NCBI GenBank assembly: GCA_963744995.1
Contig: CAVUWA010000002.1
Coordinates: forward strand, 960,001 to 1,024,000
From: Candidatus Eiseniibacteriota bacterium
GTDB taxonomy: Bacteria; Eisenbacteria; RBG-16-71-46
DNA: 64,000 nt
Direction of reading: 5' to 3'
Below are positions 35,102 through 48,072 of this stretch, piece after piece. The translations under genes and the position numbers were made by a program. The notes beneath the pieces are model-generated. The model was not told the DNA's origin. It did no database searches and saw nothing but the letters and a program-made list of their open reading frames with translations. Within the stretch, counting starts at the first letter, position 1; every line of letters begins with the position of its first letter.

Positions 35102-36838
35102 ATGTCCGCCAGGCGCGGCGTTCTGATACTGCTCGTTCTGTTCCTCGTCAGCGCGGGTGCGCTGTACTACGCGTTCTCGACGCTGGGCCGGCCGGTGACG
35201 CCTCACCACGCGCGCACGATGCTGGTCTGGGACGTCCCCTACGATCTCCCGGAGGCCGATCCCCCCTCACGCGCTCTTTCGTTCGCGTTCGCCGGCCTGC
35301 GCGCCGATCGGCCGACGGTGTTCGAGATCACCGGGGCCATCCGCCGTGCCGCGCACGACGATCACGTGCGCTCGATGGTCCTGCACGTCCAGACCCTGGG
35401 CTGGGGGTGGGCGAAGATTCAGGAAGTACGCGACGCTCTGCTCGATTTCCGTGCTTCGGGCAAACCGTTGTTCGCGACGATCGCCTTCGGCGGCGAGCGC
35501 GAGTACCTGCTGGCGAGTGCGGCGCGGACCATCGCCATGCAACCGGCCGATCCGCTGCAGCTCGATGGGCTCGCGGCGGGGGCCATGTTCTTCCGCGGCG
35601 CGCTCGACAAGCTCGGCGTGTCGCCCAACTACGAGCACGTGGGCGAATACAAGTCGGCGGTCGAGCAGTACACCCGCAAGGACCTTTCCGTGCCGGCCCG
35701 CATGGCGGAGGAGGCGGTGATCGACGATCTCTATGGCGCGTTCCTCGATGCCGCTGCGGACGCCCGGGGGATGCCGCCGGAGGACATGCGGGCAGCCGTC
35801 GAAGGTGGACCCTACCTGCCCTTCGACGCGTTGGCCGAAGGGCTCATCGACACCGTGCTCTATCAGGCGCAGCTCGACACGCTCGCGGCTGAGGACCGCC
35901 GGGGTCCGCTGCCCGACACGGACCTCGAGGACTACGCCCGGGAAGGCGGCGCAGGCCACGGTCCGAAGATCGCGCTGCTCGTCGCGAGCGGCGTGATCGC
36001 GCCGGGCAGAAGCGAGATCTCGCCCTACGACGGCGAAATCGTCGGCTCGGAGACCATGATCGACGCGATTCGTGACATCCGTGACGACGATTCGATTCAG
36101 GGACTCGTGCTGCGCATCGACAGCCCCGGGGGATCCGTGCAGGCGTCGGACGAGATCCTCAACGAGCTGCTGCGCTGCCAGCAGCAGATGCCGGTCGTCG
36201 TCACCATGTCCGATCTCGCCGCCTCCGGCGGCTACTACATCGCGATGGCCGCCGACAGCATCGTCGCGCAGCCCTCCACGCAAACCGGGTCCATCGGCAT
36301 CTACGGCGGCAAGATGAACATCAGCGGCCTGCTCGAAAAGCTGGGACTCACGGTCGATCTGTTCACGCGCGGCCCGCACGCGACCCTCATGTCACCCTAT
36401 GCCGACTGGAGCGATGCCCAGCGAAAGCTGTTCCACGACCAGCTGGAGAGCCACTACTCGACGTTCCTCGGCTACGTGTCGGACAACCGGGGCATGACGC
36501 TCGACGAGGCGGACTCGCTCGGTCGCGGCCGGGTCTGGAGCGGTGCCGCCGCCGCGCGCCTCGGCCTGGTGGATGCGAACGGAGGGTTCGTGCGCGCATT
36601 CCGCATGGTGAAGGCGCTCGCGGGGCTCGATCCCGAGGCGCAGGTCACCGTGGAGCCCTTTCCGCGCAGGAAGCACACGTTGCTCGCGCAGATGCTCAAC
36701 GAGCTGTTCCGCGAGGACGACTACTCGACGCGGCTCCCCGTGGAGTGGCCGCGCCTCGCCAGGGCCTGGATGGTGGCGGCGCGCTTTCCGGCCGGAACCC
36801 CGGTGGCCATCATGCCATGGTGCGTCGACGCGCGCTGA
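35102..36838 (+). CDS. sppA: Signal peptide peptidase SppA (long type)
   Basis: N-terminal TM; GEYKSA, LRIDSPGGS, AASGGYY, TGSIG, GRVWSG..A...GLVD. Confidence 0.92.
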   Translation: MSARRGVLILLVLFLVSAGALYYAFSTLGRPVTPHHARTMLVWDVPYDLPEADPPSRALSFAFAGLRADRPTVFEITGAIRRAAHDDHVRSMVLHVQTLGWGWAKIQEVRDALLDFRASGKPLFATIAFGGEREYLLASAARTIAMQPADPLQLDGLAAGAMFFRGALDKLGVSPNYEHVGEYKSAVEQYTRKDLSVPARMAEEAVIDDLYGAFLDAAADARGMPPEDMRAAVEGGPYLPFDALAEGLIDTVLYQAQLDTLAAEDRRGPLPDTDLEDYAREGGAGHGPKIALLVASGVIAPGRSEISPYDGEIVGSETMIDAIRDIRDDDSIQGLVLRIDSPGGSVQASDEILNELLRCQQQMPVVVTMSDLAASGGYYIAMAADSIVAQPSTQTGSIGIYGGKMNISGLLEKLGLTVDLFTRGPHATLMSPYADWSDAQRKLFHDQLESHYSTFLGYVSDNRGMTLDEADSLGRGRVWSGAAAARLGLVDANGGFVRAFRMVKALAGLDPEAQVTVEPFPRRKHTLLAQMLNELFREDDYSTRLPVEWPRLARAWMVAARFPAGTPVAIMPWCVDAR

Positions 36839-36847
36839 GCGCGGGCG

Positions 36848-37243
36848 CTACGTCGAGTCCGGCTTCTGACTCCGACTGAACGTGCGGATGTAAGCGATCA
36901 GGTCTTCGATCTGGTCGGGCTTGAGCTGCTTCTTCCAGGAGATCATCCCGGACTTCATCTTGCCATTGGTGATGCAGTCGCGCAGGTAGGCGTCGTCGTG
37001 GGTGGAATCGTCCATCCGCTTCGCGTCGCGCCAGTCGGGGGTGGGGTTTCCCGTGAGCTTGATGCCGCCGCGGCCGTCGGCCTGATGGCAGGCCACGCAA
37101 CCCTTTGCGATGAACAGCTTCTTGCCGTCCGCGGCGACCCCTTTGTGCGCCGGGGGGTGCGGAGCGGTCGCACCCCCGAGGGCGGCGAGCGCCGCCAGCA
37201 GCAGGAGTGTCAGGGTCGATGCGGAAACCAGACGCCGAGCCAT
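36848..37243 (-). CDS. Monoheme c-type cytochrome
   Basis: Signal peptide; GKKLF...CVACH; axial Met in SGMISW; QIEDLIAYI C-terminal helix. Confidence 0.88.
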   Translation of the reverse strand: MARRLVSASTLTLLLLAALAALGGATAPHPPAHKGVAADGKKLFIAKGCVACHQADGRGGIKLTGNPTPDWRDAKRMDDSTHDDAYLRDCITNGKMKSGMISWKKQLKPDQIEDLIAYIRTFSRSQKPDST

Positions 37244-37334
37244 AGGCGAGGAGTGTCCCACGCGGCCCCTTCGGCCCCAAGTCAACAAGTTTCAATATCG
37301 TGAGACGGCGTTCTGCTCGCGGAAGCCCGCTCTC

Positions 37335-37363
37335 TTGACCCGCCCCGCTGCGAATGCTAGCTT
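37335..37363 (+). promoter_or_regulatory. Putative sigma70 promoter for the EF-G paralog / yebC-ruv cluster
   Basis: TTGACC-17 nt-TAGCTT with extended TG. Confidence 0.55.
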
Positions 37364-37462
37364 CCCATGCGACTTGAGGTTACGCCCGATCGCCCGGTCG
37401 GGTCACGGCCTCGCGACTCCCGCTTCTGACCACGCCAACCCTCTCCGTGCGTGGAGGTGCTT

Positions 37463-39559
37463 GTGAAGGACTACGCCGCCAAACAGATCCGCAACGTTGC
37501 GCTCGTCGCCCACCACGGGGTGGGCAAGACCTCCCTCGCCGAAGCCATGCTGTTTCAGGCGAAGGCCTCGAACCGTCTCGGCCGCATCGCGGACGGCACC
37601 ACGATGCTCGACCAGGGCCAGAACGAGATCCTGCGTCAGATGACGATCAATCTCGGGCTCGCCCAGTTCGAGTGGGAGGGGCACAAGGTCAACCTGATCG
37701 ACACGCCGGGCTATCTGGACTTCGTGGGCGACGTGCACTGTGCGCTGCGGGTGGCCGACGCGGCGATCCTGATGATCCGCGCCAACACCGGCGCCGAAGT
37801 GGGAACGGAAGTCGTCTGGGAGATCCTGCGCGCGAAGAAAGCGCCGACGCTGCTGGTCGTGAACATGATGGACAAGGAGCACGCCAACTTTCAGAGCGCG
37901 CTCGGCTCGGTGCGCGAGCGCCTGGGACTCAACGCCGTGGCCACCCAGCTGCCGATCGGCGAGGCGGCCGAATTCAGGGGCATCGTGGACCTGATCCAGA
38001 ACAAGGCCTATCTGTTCGAGGGGGCCGCAGTCGACGCCCGCAGCAGCGAGACGCCGATCCCCGCCGACATGGAGGCCGCCGTCGCCGAGGCGCGCGCGGC
38101 GCTGATGGAAGAGGCCGCCACCGGCGACGAAGAGTTGATGGAGAAGTTCCTCGAGTCCGGCGAGCTCACCGTCGAGGAGATCCGCAAGGGGCTCTGCGAA
38201 CGGGTCGTGGCGGGCGACCTGGCCCCGGCGTTCTGCTGCTCGGCCTACGACAACCATGGCGTGCGCGAGGTGCTCGACGAAGTGGTCGACGTGCTGCCTT
38301 CGCCGCTCGACGTCGACCCCGAGCGGGGGACGCTCGAGGACGGTGGCGAGGTCGAGGTGAAGCCCGAACCGGACGAGCCGTTCGCGGGCATCGTCTTCAA
38401 GACGATCTCCGAGCAGCACCTCGGCGATCTTTCCCTGATGCGCGTCTACGCGGGGTCGGTAACACCCGGCGACGAGCTCCAGAACGTGAGCCGCCATGCC
38501 CACGAGCGCATGGGAGCGATGTACTACGTGGTCGGCAAGGATCGCTCGGAGTGCAGGAAGGCGGTCGCCGGCGACATCGTCGCGGCCGTGAAGCTGCGGG
38601 ACACGCATACGGGCGACATGCTGTCGAGCAAGCAGCGGCAGGTGAAGCTCAGAGCCATTGATTTCCCGCTGCCGGTGACGTCCGAGTGCATCCACGCGAA
38701 GAACAAGGGTGACGAGGAGAAGATGGTGCAGGGTCTGAACCGCCTGCACGAAGAAGACCCCACCTTCTCGCGTTACTACGAGGAGAGCACCCGAGAAACG
38801 CTCGTGCGCGGCATGGGCGACCTGCAGCTCGAAATCATGGTGGAGCGCCTGCGCAAACGCTACGGCGTCGAAGTCGAGCTGACGCGCCCGCACGTGCCCT
38901 ATCGCGAGACGATTCGCAGCAAGGCGGAAGACGAATACCGCCACAAGAAGCAGACCGGCGGCCGCGGCCAGTTCGCCGAGGTCCACCTGCGGGTCGAGCC
39001 CCTGCCGCGTGGCGAGGGGTTCCGCTTCGGCAACGAGGTCAAGGGCGGCGTGATTCCGACCAACTTCATTCCGGCGGTCGAGAAGGGGGTCGTTGCCGGA
39101 CTCGAGCGCGGGCCGCTCGCCGGCAGCCCGGTCGTGGACGTCGCCGCGATCGTGTTCTTCGGCAAGCATCACGACGTGGATTCGTCCGAAATGGCGTTCA
39201 AGATCGCGGCGGAGACCTGCTTCCACTCCGCCATTCTCAAGGCCCGGCCCGTGCTGCTCGAGCCCGTCGAAGAGTTGGAGGTGCGGGTGCCCGAGGACTT
39301 CCTCGGCGACGTCATGGGTGACCTGTCGTCGCGGCGGGGCAGGATTCAGGGCACCGAGGCGGAGGGCAGCTTCCAGGTCATCCGCGCCCACGTGCCGACC
39401 TCCGAGGTATACAAGTACGCCACGCATCTGCGCTCGATGACGCAGGGACGTGGCATGCACGCCTCGAAGTTCTCGCACTACGAAGAGGTGCCGCGCGAGA
39501 TCGCCGACAAGGTGATCGCCGCGGCCAAGGCTGAAAAGGAGGCCGGCGCGCACGCCTGA
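37463..39559 (+). CDS. fusA2: Elongation factor G-like protein (EF-G2 paralog)
   Basis: SD GGAGGT with GTG start; five-domain EF-G motifs (LIDTPG, EEDPT, GMGDLQLE, KKQTGGRGQF, DVDSSEMAF, LRSMTQGRG); not in the str operon. Confidence 0.92.
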   Translation: MKDYAAKQIRNVALVAHHGVGKTSLAEAMLFQAKASNRLGRIADGTTMLDQGQNEILRQMTINLGLAQFEWEGHKVNLIDTPGYLDFVGDVHCALRVADAAILMIRANTGAEVGTEVVWEILRAKKAPTLLVVNMMDKEHANFQSALGSVRERLGLNAVATQLPIGEAAEFRGIVDLIQNKAYLFEGAAVDARSSETPIPADMEAAVAEARAALMEEAATGDEELMEKFLESGELTVEEIRKGLCERVVAGDLAPAFCCSAYDNHGVREVLDEVVDVLPSPLDVDPERGTLEDGGEVEVKPEPDEPFAGIVFKTISEQHLGDLSLMRVYAGSVTPGDELQNVSRHAHERMGAMYYVVGKDRSECRKAVAGDIVAAVKLRDTHTGDMLSSKQRQVKLRAIDFPLPVTSECIHAKNKGDEEKMVQGLNRLHEEDPTFSRYYEESTRETLVRGMGDLQLEIMVERLRKRYGVEVELTRPHVPYRETIRSKAEDEYRHKKQTGGRGQFAEVHLRVEPLPRGEGFRFGNEVKGGVIPTNFIPAVEKGVVAGLERGPLAGSPVVDVAAIVFFGKHHDVDSSEMAFKIAAETCFHSAILKARPVLLEPVEELEVRVPEDFLGDVMGDLSSRRGRIQGTEAEGSFQVIRAHVPTSEVYKYATHLRSMTQGRGMHASKFSHYEEVPREIADKVIAAAKAEKEAGAHA

Positions 39560-39575
39560 GCGCGCCGGACGACGC

Positions 39576-40328
39576 ATGTCCGGTCATTCCAAATGGGCGA
39601 CGATCAAGCGCAAGAAGGCGGCAACCGACGCTGCCCGGGGCAAGCAGTTCTCCAAGGTGATCAAGGAGATCTCGATCGCCGTGCGGCAGGGCGGCGGCCC
39701 CGATCCGGCCGCCAACCCGCGGTTGCGCACGGCGCTCCAGGCGGCCAAGGCGATCAACATGCCCGCGTCGAACATCGAGCGCGCGATCAAGCGCGCCTCG
39801 GGCGACGGTGAGGGCGTCCACATCGAGGAGACGCAGTACGAAGGCTATGGCCCGGGCGGCGTCGCGATCCTGGTGACCGTGGCCACCGACAACAAGAACC
39901 GCACCGTGGGCGAGATCCGCAACATCTTCACCAAGAACGGCGGCAGCATGAGCGAGGCCGGCAGCGTGGCCTACCTGTTCACGCCGCGCGGCCACATCCA
40001 GGTGGAGAAGACGTCGATCGAGGAGGACGACCTCCTCGAGATCGTCCTCGATACCGGCGCCGACGACGTGCAGACCGAGGGCGACGCGTTCGACGTGTTC
40101 ACGCCGCCCGAACGGTACGAGGCGGTCCGCGCCGCGCTGGAGGAGAAGGGCGTTCCCATGCAGAACGCCGAGCTCACCCGCATCGCTTCGGTGCAGGTTC
40201 CGGTCGAGGAAGACCGGGCCGCCACGCTGATCAAGCTGCTCGATGCCCTCGAAGACCACGACGACGTGCAGCGGGTCTTCTCGAACTTCACCATGTCCGA
40301 CGAGGTGATGGCCCGGCTTTCACGCTAG
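39576..40328 (+). CDS. yebC: YebC/PmpR-family protein
   Basis: MSGHSKWATIKRKK, YEGYGPGG, TDNKNRT, LEDHDDVQ. Confidence 0.97.
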   Translation: MSGHSKWATIKRKKAATDAARGKQFSKVIKEISIAVRQGGGPDPAANPRLRTALQAAKAINMPASNIERAIKRASGDGEGVHIEETQYEGYGPGGVAILVTVATDNKNRTVGEIRNIFTKNGGSMSEAGSVAYLFTPRGHIQVEKTSIEEDDLLEIVLDTGADDVQTEGDAFDVFTPPERYEAVRAALEEKGVPMQNAELTRIASVQVPVEEDRAATLIKLLDALEDHDDVQRVFSNFTMSDEVMARLSR

Positions 40329-40343
40329 CCGGGGCGACCACGC

Positions 40344-40943
40344 ATGCGAGTCCTGGGACTGGACCCCGGAAGCCGAAGGACCGGCATCGGCATCGTGGAG
40401 CGGAACGGCAACCGCTTCCGCTGTCTGCATCACGGCTGTGCCACCGCCCCGGCGCGCGATCCGCTTCCGGCGCGGCTGTACGCCATCGCCCGCGCCGTCG
40501 GCGAGATCATGGACGCGCAGGCGCCCGATTGCGTCGTGGTCGAAGAGGCGTTCTACCACGAGAACGTGCGCTCGACGCTGGTGCTCGGCCACGTGCGCGG
40601 CGCGCTGCTGCTCGCGGCGATGGAGCGGGGGCTCCAGGTCGCCGAGTACACGCCGCGCGAGATCAAGATGAGCGTCACCGGTACGGGTGGGGCGACCAAG
40701 GATCAGGTGGGCTTCATGGTGCGCCGGATCCTCGGCCTGACGGGCGCGATCCAGTCCGACGCCGCGGACGCGCTCGCCGCGGCACTGTGTCATCATCACC
40801 GCGCCCGCCTGAGTGCGCCGGCGAAAGCCGCGAGCGCCGCGGCGAAGCGCCTGGCGGCGCTGCTCGAGCAGAAGTCGCCGCGCGCGCCGCTGGCCGCGCG
40901 GACCCGGGCGCGGCGGGCGCCGGCGGGAAGGAGACACGGATGA
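40344..40943 (+). CDS. ruvC: Holliday junction resolvase
   Basis: [35 protein letters not shown]. Confidence 0.95.
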   Translation: MRVLGLDPGSRRTGIGIVERNGNRFRCLHHGCATAPARDPLPARLYAIARAVGEIMDAQAPDCVVVEEAFYHENVRSTLVLGHVRGALLLAAMERGLQVAEYTPREIKMSVTGTGGATKDQVGFMVRRILGLTGAIQSDAADALAAALCHHHRARLSAPAKAASAAAKRLAALLEQKSPRAPLAARTRARRAPAGRRHG

Positions 40944-41563
40944 TCGCATCGGTGCGCGGAACCCTGGCGGCCCGGGAGCCGGGCGCCGTCGTCGTCGAGA
41001 CCGGCGGGATCGGCTACCGGGTGCACGTGTCGTCGCGCACCCTCGAAACGCTGCCGCAGGAGGGACGCGAGGTCCGTCTCGTGACGCGCCAGATCGTGCG
41101 CGAGGACTCGCTGACGCTCTACGGGTTCGCGGATTCCTCCGAGCTCAGGCTGTTCGACCTGCTGATCAACGTGTCGGGCGTCGGGCCGCGCGTCGCCCTC
41201 GCCGTGCTCAGCGGCCTGCGTCCCGAGGCGCTGGTGCGGGCGATCCGCGACGAGAACGTGGGCGCGCTGGTCGCCGTGCAGGGGGTGGGCCGCAAGACCG
41301 CCGAACGTCTGGTGGTGGAGCTGCGCGACAAGCTGGACACGGTGCCGGCGGCGGCGGGTGCGGCGCCGAAGGGCAAGGGCGTGCTGCCCAGATCCGAGCG
41401 CTTCGACGACGCCGTCGCGGCGCTGCTGAGTCTGGGCTACACTGCGGTGCAGGCGCGCGAGGCCGTGCAGCGCGCCTCCGACGAGGAATCCGGGCTCTCG
41501 CTCGAGGCGCTCGTGCGACGCGCGCTGGCGCTGCTCGGCAAGAGTCCGGTCGCCGCGCGCTGA
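40940..41563 (+). CDS. ruvA: Holliday junction branch migration protein A
   Basis: [45 protein letters not shown] overlap with ruvC. Confidence 0.95.
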   Translation: MIASVRGTLAAREPGAVVVETGGIGYRVHVSSRTLETLPQEGREVRLVTRQIVREDSLTLYGFADSSELRLFDLLINVSGVGPRVALAVLSGLRPEALVRAIRDENVGALVAVQGVGRKTAERLVVELRDKLDTVPAAAGAAPKGKGVLPRSERFDDAVAALLSLGYTAVQAREAVQRASDEESGLSLEALVRRALALLGKSPVAAR

Positions 41564-41583
41564 CCGCCGCTCAGGGAGGAACG

Positions 41584-42693
41584 ATGGCCGAACGCCGCAA
41601 CAGAGCCAGCGCTGCGGACCCGTCCGGGCGCACGGCCGAGCAGCCGGGCCGGCTCGCCGACCCGGAGGCGTTCCCCGAGGACATCCAGGAGGAATCGCGG
41701 CTCCGGCCGCTCACGCTCGGCGACTTCGTCGGCCAGACCGCGGCCAAGGAGCAGATGGCGATCTTCCTCGAGGCGGCCCGGCGCCGCGGCGAAGCGCTCG
41801 ATCACGTGCTGCTCCATGGCCCGCCCGGGCTCGGCAAGACCACCCTCGCGACGATCGTCGCGAACGAGCTGGGCGTCGAGATCACCCACACCTCCGGGCC
41901 GGTGATCGAGCGCGCCGGCGATCTGGCCGGGCTGCTCACCAACTTGGGTCCGCGCGGCGTGCTGTTCGTCGACGAGATCCATCGCCTGAGCCCGGTCGTC
42001 GAGGAATACCTCTACCCGGCGCTCGAGGACTTCATGCTGGACATCCTGCTCGACCGCGGCCCGAATGCGCGTTCGCTGAAGATCAACCTCGAACGCTTCA
42101 CGCTGGTTGGCGCGACGACCCGCTCCGGCCTGCTGTCGTCGCCGCTGCGCGCGCGTTTCGGCGTGACGCTGCGGCTCGACTACTACGGCGCCGACGATCT
42201 CGCCCGCATCGTGCGGCGCTCGGCCGGGATCCTCGGGGTGTCGATCGACGACGACGCCGCGCTCGAGCTGGCGCGGCGCGCGCGCGGCACCCCGCGCGTG
42301 GCGAACCGGCTGCTGCGTCGGGTACGGGACTACGCGCTCATCAAGGCCGACGGCCACGTGACACTGCCGGTCGCACGCGAGGCGCTGGCCCTGCTCGAAG
42401 TCGACGAGGGCGGGCTCGACGAGATGGACCGCCGCCTGCTCGATGCGCTGATCCACAAGTATCAGGGCGGCCCGGTGGGGCTCGGCACGCTCGCCGTCGT
42501 GGTCGGTGAGGAGTCCGGCACGCTCGAGGACGTTTACGAGCCGTTCCTGGTCCAGGAAGGCTTCATCAAGCGCACGTCGCGCGGCCGCGAGGCCACGGCG
42601 CGCGCGTACCGCCACCTCGGCATCGAACCGCCGCCGGCGCTGGTGCGGGACCGGCGCCGCGGCGACGGGCATCCTGAGCTGCCGCTCGGCTGA
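41584..42693 (+). CDS. ruvB: Holliday junction branch migration helicase B
   Basis: [46 protein letters not shown]. Confidence 0.97.
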   Translation: MAERRNRASAADPSGRTAEQPGRLADPEAFPEDIQEESRLRPLTLGDFVGQTAAKEQMAIFLEAARRRGEALDHVLLHGPPGLGKTTLATIVANELGVEITHTSGPVIERAGDLAGLLTNLGPRGVLFVDEIHRLSPVVEEYLYPALEDFMLDILLDRGPNARSLKINLERFTLVGATTRSGLLSSPLRARFGVTLRLDYYGADDLARIVRRSAGILGVSIDDDAALELARRARGTPRVANRLLRRVRDYALIKADGHVTLPVAREALALLEVDEGGLDEMDRRLLDALIHKYQGGPVGLGTLAVVVGEESGTLEDVYEPFLVQEGFIKRTSRGREATARAYRHLGIEPPPALVRDRRRGDGHPELPLG

Positions 42694-42810
42694 CGCCGGG
42701 GGGCGGACCGAACGGGCGGGTCCCGGCCCGGGGGCGGGCGCGCGACGGCCCGCCGGCGCAGCGTCACCGTGCCTGCGCCGCACGTGCCCACGGCCCCGGC
42801 ATTCCAACCC

Positions 42811-43839
42811 ATGCGCATCGAAGATCTCGATTTCGACCTCCCGGAAGCGCTGATCGCCCAGCATCCGGCGGCGCGGCGTGAAGACGCGCGCCTGCTGGTG
42901 GTCGAGCGCACGAGCGGCGCGCTGCACGATACCCGGGTGGCCGCGATCGGCGACTGGCTGCGAGCGGGCGACGCGCTCGCCGTGAACGAGACGCGCGTGC
43001 GGCCCGCTCGGCTGATCGTGCACCGGCCGACCGGCGGCCGCGTCGAACTGTTGTTCGTGAGGCCGGCGACCGCGGGGGAGTGGCTCGTGCTGGCCCGGCC
43101 GGCCAAGCACCTGCCGCTCGGCGCCCGGTTCGAGACCGACGACGGTGCACTCACGTTCCGGGTCACGGCCGTGGGTGACGCGGGGGAGCGCCGGGTGCGG
43201 GTGATCGAGGGCGACCTCGACGTCACGCTCGCGCGCGAGGGCCTGATGCCGCTGCCGCCGTACATCGACCGCGAGCCGACCAGCGAGGACGTGGAGCGCT
43301 ACCAGACCGTCTACGCGCGCACCGACGGCGCCGTGGCCGCGCCGACCGCGGGACTGCACTTCTCGACGGCACTGCTCGACACGCTTGCCGCGCGCGGCGT
43401 CGCCCGCGTCCCGCTGCTGCTGCACGTCGGGCCCGGCACGTTCCGCCCGATCACGGCGCAAGACCCCGCGGCGCATCGGATGGACGCCGAGTGGTACGAA
43501 TTGACCGCGGATGCGGCGGACCGCCTCCGCGCCGCCCGCGCCGCGGGCGGGCGCATCGTGGCCGTGGGCACGACGACCGTACGCACCCTGGAGTCTGCGT
43601 GCGACGCGCACGGCGGCCGGCTCGAGGCGCATTCGGGATGGACGCGCAAGTTCATCCTGCCGCCCTACCGGTTCCAGGCGGTCGACCTGCTGCTCACCAA
43701 CTTCCACCTGCCGCGCACGACGCTGCTGCTGCTGGTCGGCGCGTTCGCCGGCGCCGAGCTGCTGCGCCGCGCCTATGCGCACGCGATCCGCGAGCGCTAC
43801 CGGTTCTACTCGTACGGGGACGCGATGCTGGTGGTGTAG
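42811..43839 (+). CDS. queA: S-adenosylmethionine:tRNA ribosyltransferase-isomerase
   Basis: DFDLPEALIAQHP, PLPPYI, YQTVYA, AAPTAGLHF, TNFHLP, YRFYSYGDAM. Confidence 0.96.
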   Translation: MRIEDLDFDLPEALIAQHPAARREDARLLVVERTSGALHDTRVAAIGDWLRAGDALAVNETRVRPARLIVHRPTGGRVELLFVRPATAGEWLVLARPAKHLPLGARFETDDGALTFRVTAVGDAGERRVRVIEGDLDVTLAREGLMPLPPYIDREPTSEDVERYQTVYARTDGAVAAPTAGLHFSTALLDTLAARGVARVPLLLHVGPGTFRPITAQDPAAHRMDAEWYELTADAADRLRAARAAGGRIVAVGTTTVRTLESACDAHGGRLEAHSGWTRKFILPPYRFQAVDLLLTNFHLPRTTLLLLVGAFAGAELLRRAYAHAIRERYRFYSYGDAMLVV

Positions 43840-43869
43840 ATCGGGCGCGGGAACGGACGCACCCGGCGG

Positions 43870-45420
<1,551 letters not shown>

Positions 45421-45570
45421 GGATTCCTCCAGGCTGGTGGCGTGCGCGAGGGTAGGGACGCCATCGGGGCCGGTCAAGGCGCTCCGGAGCTTCTGGCCTT
45501 CGCCCGGCCGGAATGGTAGAAAGGCGGCTCGCAGGGGCCATGCGCCCGCACTCCCAGGGAGGTCTCGAGC

Positions 45571-47475
45571 ATGCAGCAGTTGCTCGTCAGCATGCCGTCG
45601 TGGGTGCCCGGGTTCCTCACGGCCCTGATCCTCGCGGCGACGATCTACGGGTTCATCCGCGAGAAGCTGTCGCCCGATCTCACCAGCCTGCTCGCGCTGC
45701 TGGCTCTGCTGATCGCGGGCGTCCTCACACCGCAGGAAGCCTTCTCGGGCTTCAGCCATCCGGCGACGGTTTCGGTGGCGGCGGTGCTGGTCCTCTCGGC
45801 CGGGCTCAACCGTACGGGCGCGCTGGGGTTCGTCGCGCGGCGGCTCCTGATGCCGGTCGGCAGGTCGGAGTTCCTGCTCTCGCTGGTGCTGATGAGCGCG
45901 ATCGGCGCCCTCTCCGCGTTCGTCAACAACACGGCCGCGGTGGCCGTGTTCATTCCGGTCGTGCTCGAGATCAGCCGGCGCACCGGCGTCGCCGCGAGCC
46001 GCCTGCTGATGCCGATGTCGTACGCGGCGACGCTCGGCGGCATGTGCACGCTGATCGGCACGTCGACCAATCTGGTCGGTCACTCGGTCGCGCGATTCCA
46101 GGGATTCCCGGGCTACCGCATGTTCGAGCTCGGCCAGGTCGGCCTGCCCATGCTGATCGGCGGCTTCGCGTACCTGCTGTTCGTCGGCCGCTTCCTGCTG
46201 CCGCGCCGCGAGACCGGCGTCGAAGCGCTGCCGGGCCGCACCGGACCCTACCTTTCGGAGCTCGAAGTCATCGAGGGCTCGCCCTGGATCGCGCGGGCGG
46301 TGAAGCCCGCGGACCTGCGCCGCGACCACGATCTCGAGCTGGTGGACGTCGTGCGCGCGGGGCGCCCGCTCACGATCCAGGAACAGGGCGAGCGCTACCA
46401 GGCCGGCGATCGCCTGCGCGTGCGCGGCGCACTCGAGGACGTGCTTTCGCTGGCCGCGCGCAACGGTCTCGATCTGCATCGGCCCGACTCCTGGAAGCTG
46501 CAGACCGATGACGGCGGGACCGCCGCCGGCGAGACGGCCGCGGCTGCGGCGGCCGCGGGCGATGCCGACGCCGCGCCCGCCGCGCGCGAGGGGAGCGAGC
46601 GTTCCGAGCAGGGGCTGCCGCTCGCCGAGTATGTGGTGCTGCCCGGTGCTTCGCTGATCGGCCGTACGATCAAGGCGCTGCGTTTCGCCGACCGCTACGA
46701 CGCGCTCGTGCTCGCCCTGCACCGGCCCGGCGAGCGGCTCTCCGATCGCCCGAACACCACCCCGCTCAGGGCCGGCGACGTGCTCGTGCTGGAAGGCACG
46801 GCGCTCGCCCTGAATCAGATCGCACGCACGCCGGGGTTCCTGCTGGTCGGTTCCCTGCAGCGGCCCGACGAGCGCGCGGGCCGGCTGTGGATCGCGCTGC
46901 TGACGATCGCCGGGGTGGTGCTGTCGGTCTCGACGGGACTGCTGCCGATCGTGACCGCGGCGAGCGCCGGGTGTGCGGTGCTGATGCTGACCGGCTGCCT
47001 GACGCCGCGCGAGGCGTATCAGGCGATCGACTGGCGCATCATTTTCGTGCTCGCCGGCGCACTCGCGCTCGCCACGGCACTCGAGAAGACCGGACTCACC
47101 ACCGCGGTCGCGGGCTCGCTGGCCGACCTCACGCGGGTTGCGGGCCCCGTGTGGGTGATGGCCGCGTTCTTCCTCGCCACGAGCCTCCTCTCGACGCTCA
47201 TCTCCAACGCCGGAACCGTCGCGCTCGTCGGGCCGATCGCCGTCTCGAGCGCGGTGCAGATGGGGATCAACCCGATGGCGCTGCTCACCGCGGTGACGCT
47301 CGGCGCCTCGTGCTCGTTCGCAACGCCCATCGGCTACCAGACGAACCTCATGATCTACGGTCCGGGCGGCTACCGGTTCAACGACTTCGTGCGCGTGGGG
47401 CTGCCGCTCACGGCCCTGCTGGCGGTCATCGCGATCTGGCTGATTCCGTGGTTCTGGCCGCTGCTGTCGCCGTGA
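45571..47475 (+). CDS. SLC13/DASS-family permease with two TrkA-C domains
   Basis: [38 protein letters not shown]; central TrkA-C domains. Confidence 0.9.
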   Translation: MQQLLVSMPSWVPGFLTALILAATIYGFIREKLSPDLTSLLALLALLIAGVLTPQEAFSGFSHPATVSVAAVLVLSAGLNRTGALGFVARRLLMPVGRSEFLLSLVLMSAIGALSAFVNNTAAVAVFIPVVLEISRRTGVAASRLLMPMSYAATLGGMCTLIGTSTNLVGHSVARFQGFPGYRMFELGQVGLPMLIGGFAYLLFVGRFLLPRRETGVEALPGRTGPYLSELEVIEGSPWIARAVKPADLRRDHDLELVDVVRAGRPLTIQEQGERYQAGDRLRVRGALEDVLSLAARNGLDLHRPDSWKLQTDDGGTAAGETAAAAAAAGDADAAPAAREGSERSEQGLPLAEYVVLPGASLIGRTIKALRFADRYDALVLALHRPGERLSDRPNTTPLRAGDVLVLEGTALALNQIARTPGFLLVGSLQRPDERAGRLWIALLTIAGVVLSVSTGLLPIVTAASAGCAVLMLTGCLTPREAYQAIDWRIIFVLAGALALATALEKTGLTTAVAGSLADLTRVAGPVWVMAAFFLATSLLSTLISNAGTVALVGPIAVSSAVQMGINPMALLTAVTLGASCSFATPIGYQTNLMIYGPGGYRFNDFVRVGLPLTALLAVIAIWLIPWFWPLLSP

Positions 47476-47556
47476 GCGCGGCCGCGTGCTAGCCTCGGGG
47501 CTTCGTCCGCGACGCTCCGGCGCCGCGATTCCGAGTCGACCGTCACGGGAGTACCG

Positions 47557-48018
47557 ATGAGCCAGCCCAGCATCCTCGAACGGATCCAGAAGGACCTCGC
47601 CGCAGCGATGAAGGAGCGCGACGCCGACACCACCAGCACGCTGCGCATGCTCAAAGCCGCGATCATGGAAGCCAAGACCCGCAAGGCGAAGGACGAGATG
47701 CTCGGCGCCGACGAAGAGATTGCGGTGCTGCGGCGCTACGTGAAGCAGCGGCGCGAGGCGCTGGAGAGCATGAAGGGTGCGGGGGACGCGGCGCGGGCGG
47801 CGAGCGAGGAGCGCGAGATCGCCGTGACCGAGCGCTATCTGCCCGCGGCGATGAGCGAGACGGAACTCGCCGCGCTCATCGACGCGGCGATCGCCGCCAC
47901 GGGCGCGGCCGGGCCCAGGGACATGGGCAAGGTGATCGGCGTCGTGATGGCGAAGGCCGGTGCGCGGGCGGACGGCGGTACGGTATCGAAGGCGGTCAAG
48001 GCGAAGCTGGCGCCGTAG
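47557..48018 (+). CDS. GatB/YqeY-domain protein
   Basis: [34 protein letters not shown]. Confidence 0.92.
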   Translation: MSQPSILERIQKDLAAAMKERDADTTSTLRMLKAAIMEAKTRKAKDEMLGADEEIAVLRRYVKQRREALESMKGAGDAARAASEEREIAVTERYLPAAMSETELAALIDAAIAATGAAGPRDMGKVIGVVMAKAGARADGGTVSKAVKAKLAP

Positions 48019-48072
48019 CCACGGCGCTGCGCCGCCGCGCGCACGGGCCGCGGCCGGCCGGCGCCGCCGCGC

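Noticed and set aside
45421..46722. Apparent 430-aa N-terminal extension on the carboxyltransferase ORF
   Set aside because: Mostly antisense to the SLC13 gene; a TTG start with GGAGG at 45420 gives a normal-length protein
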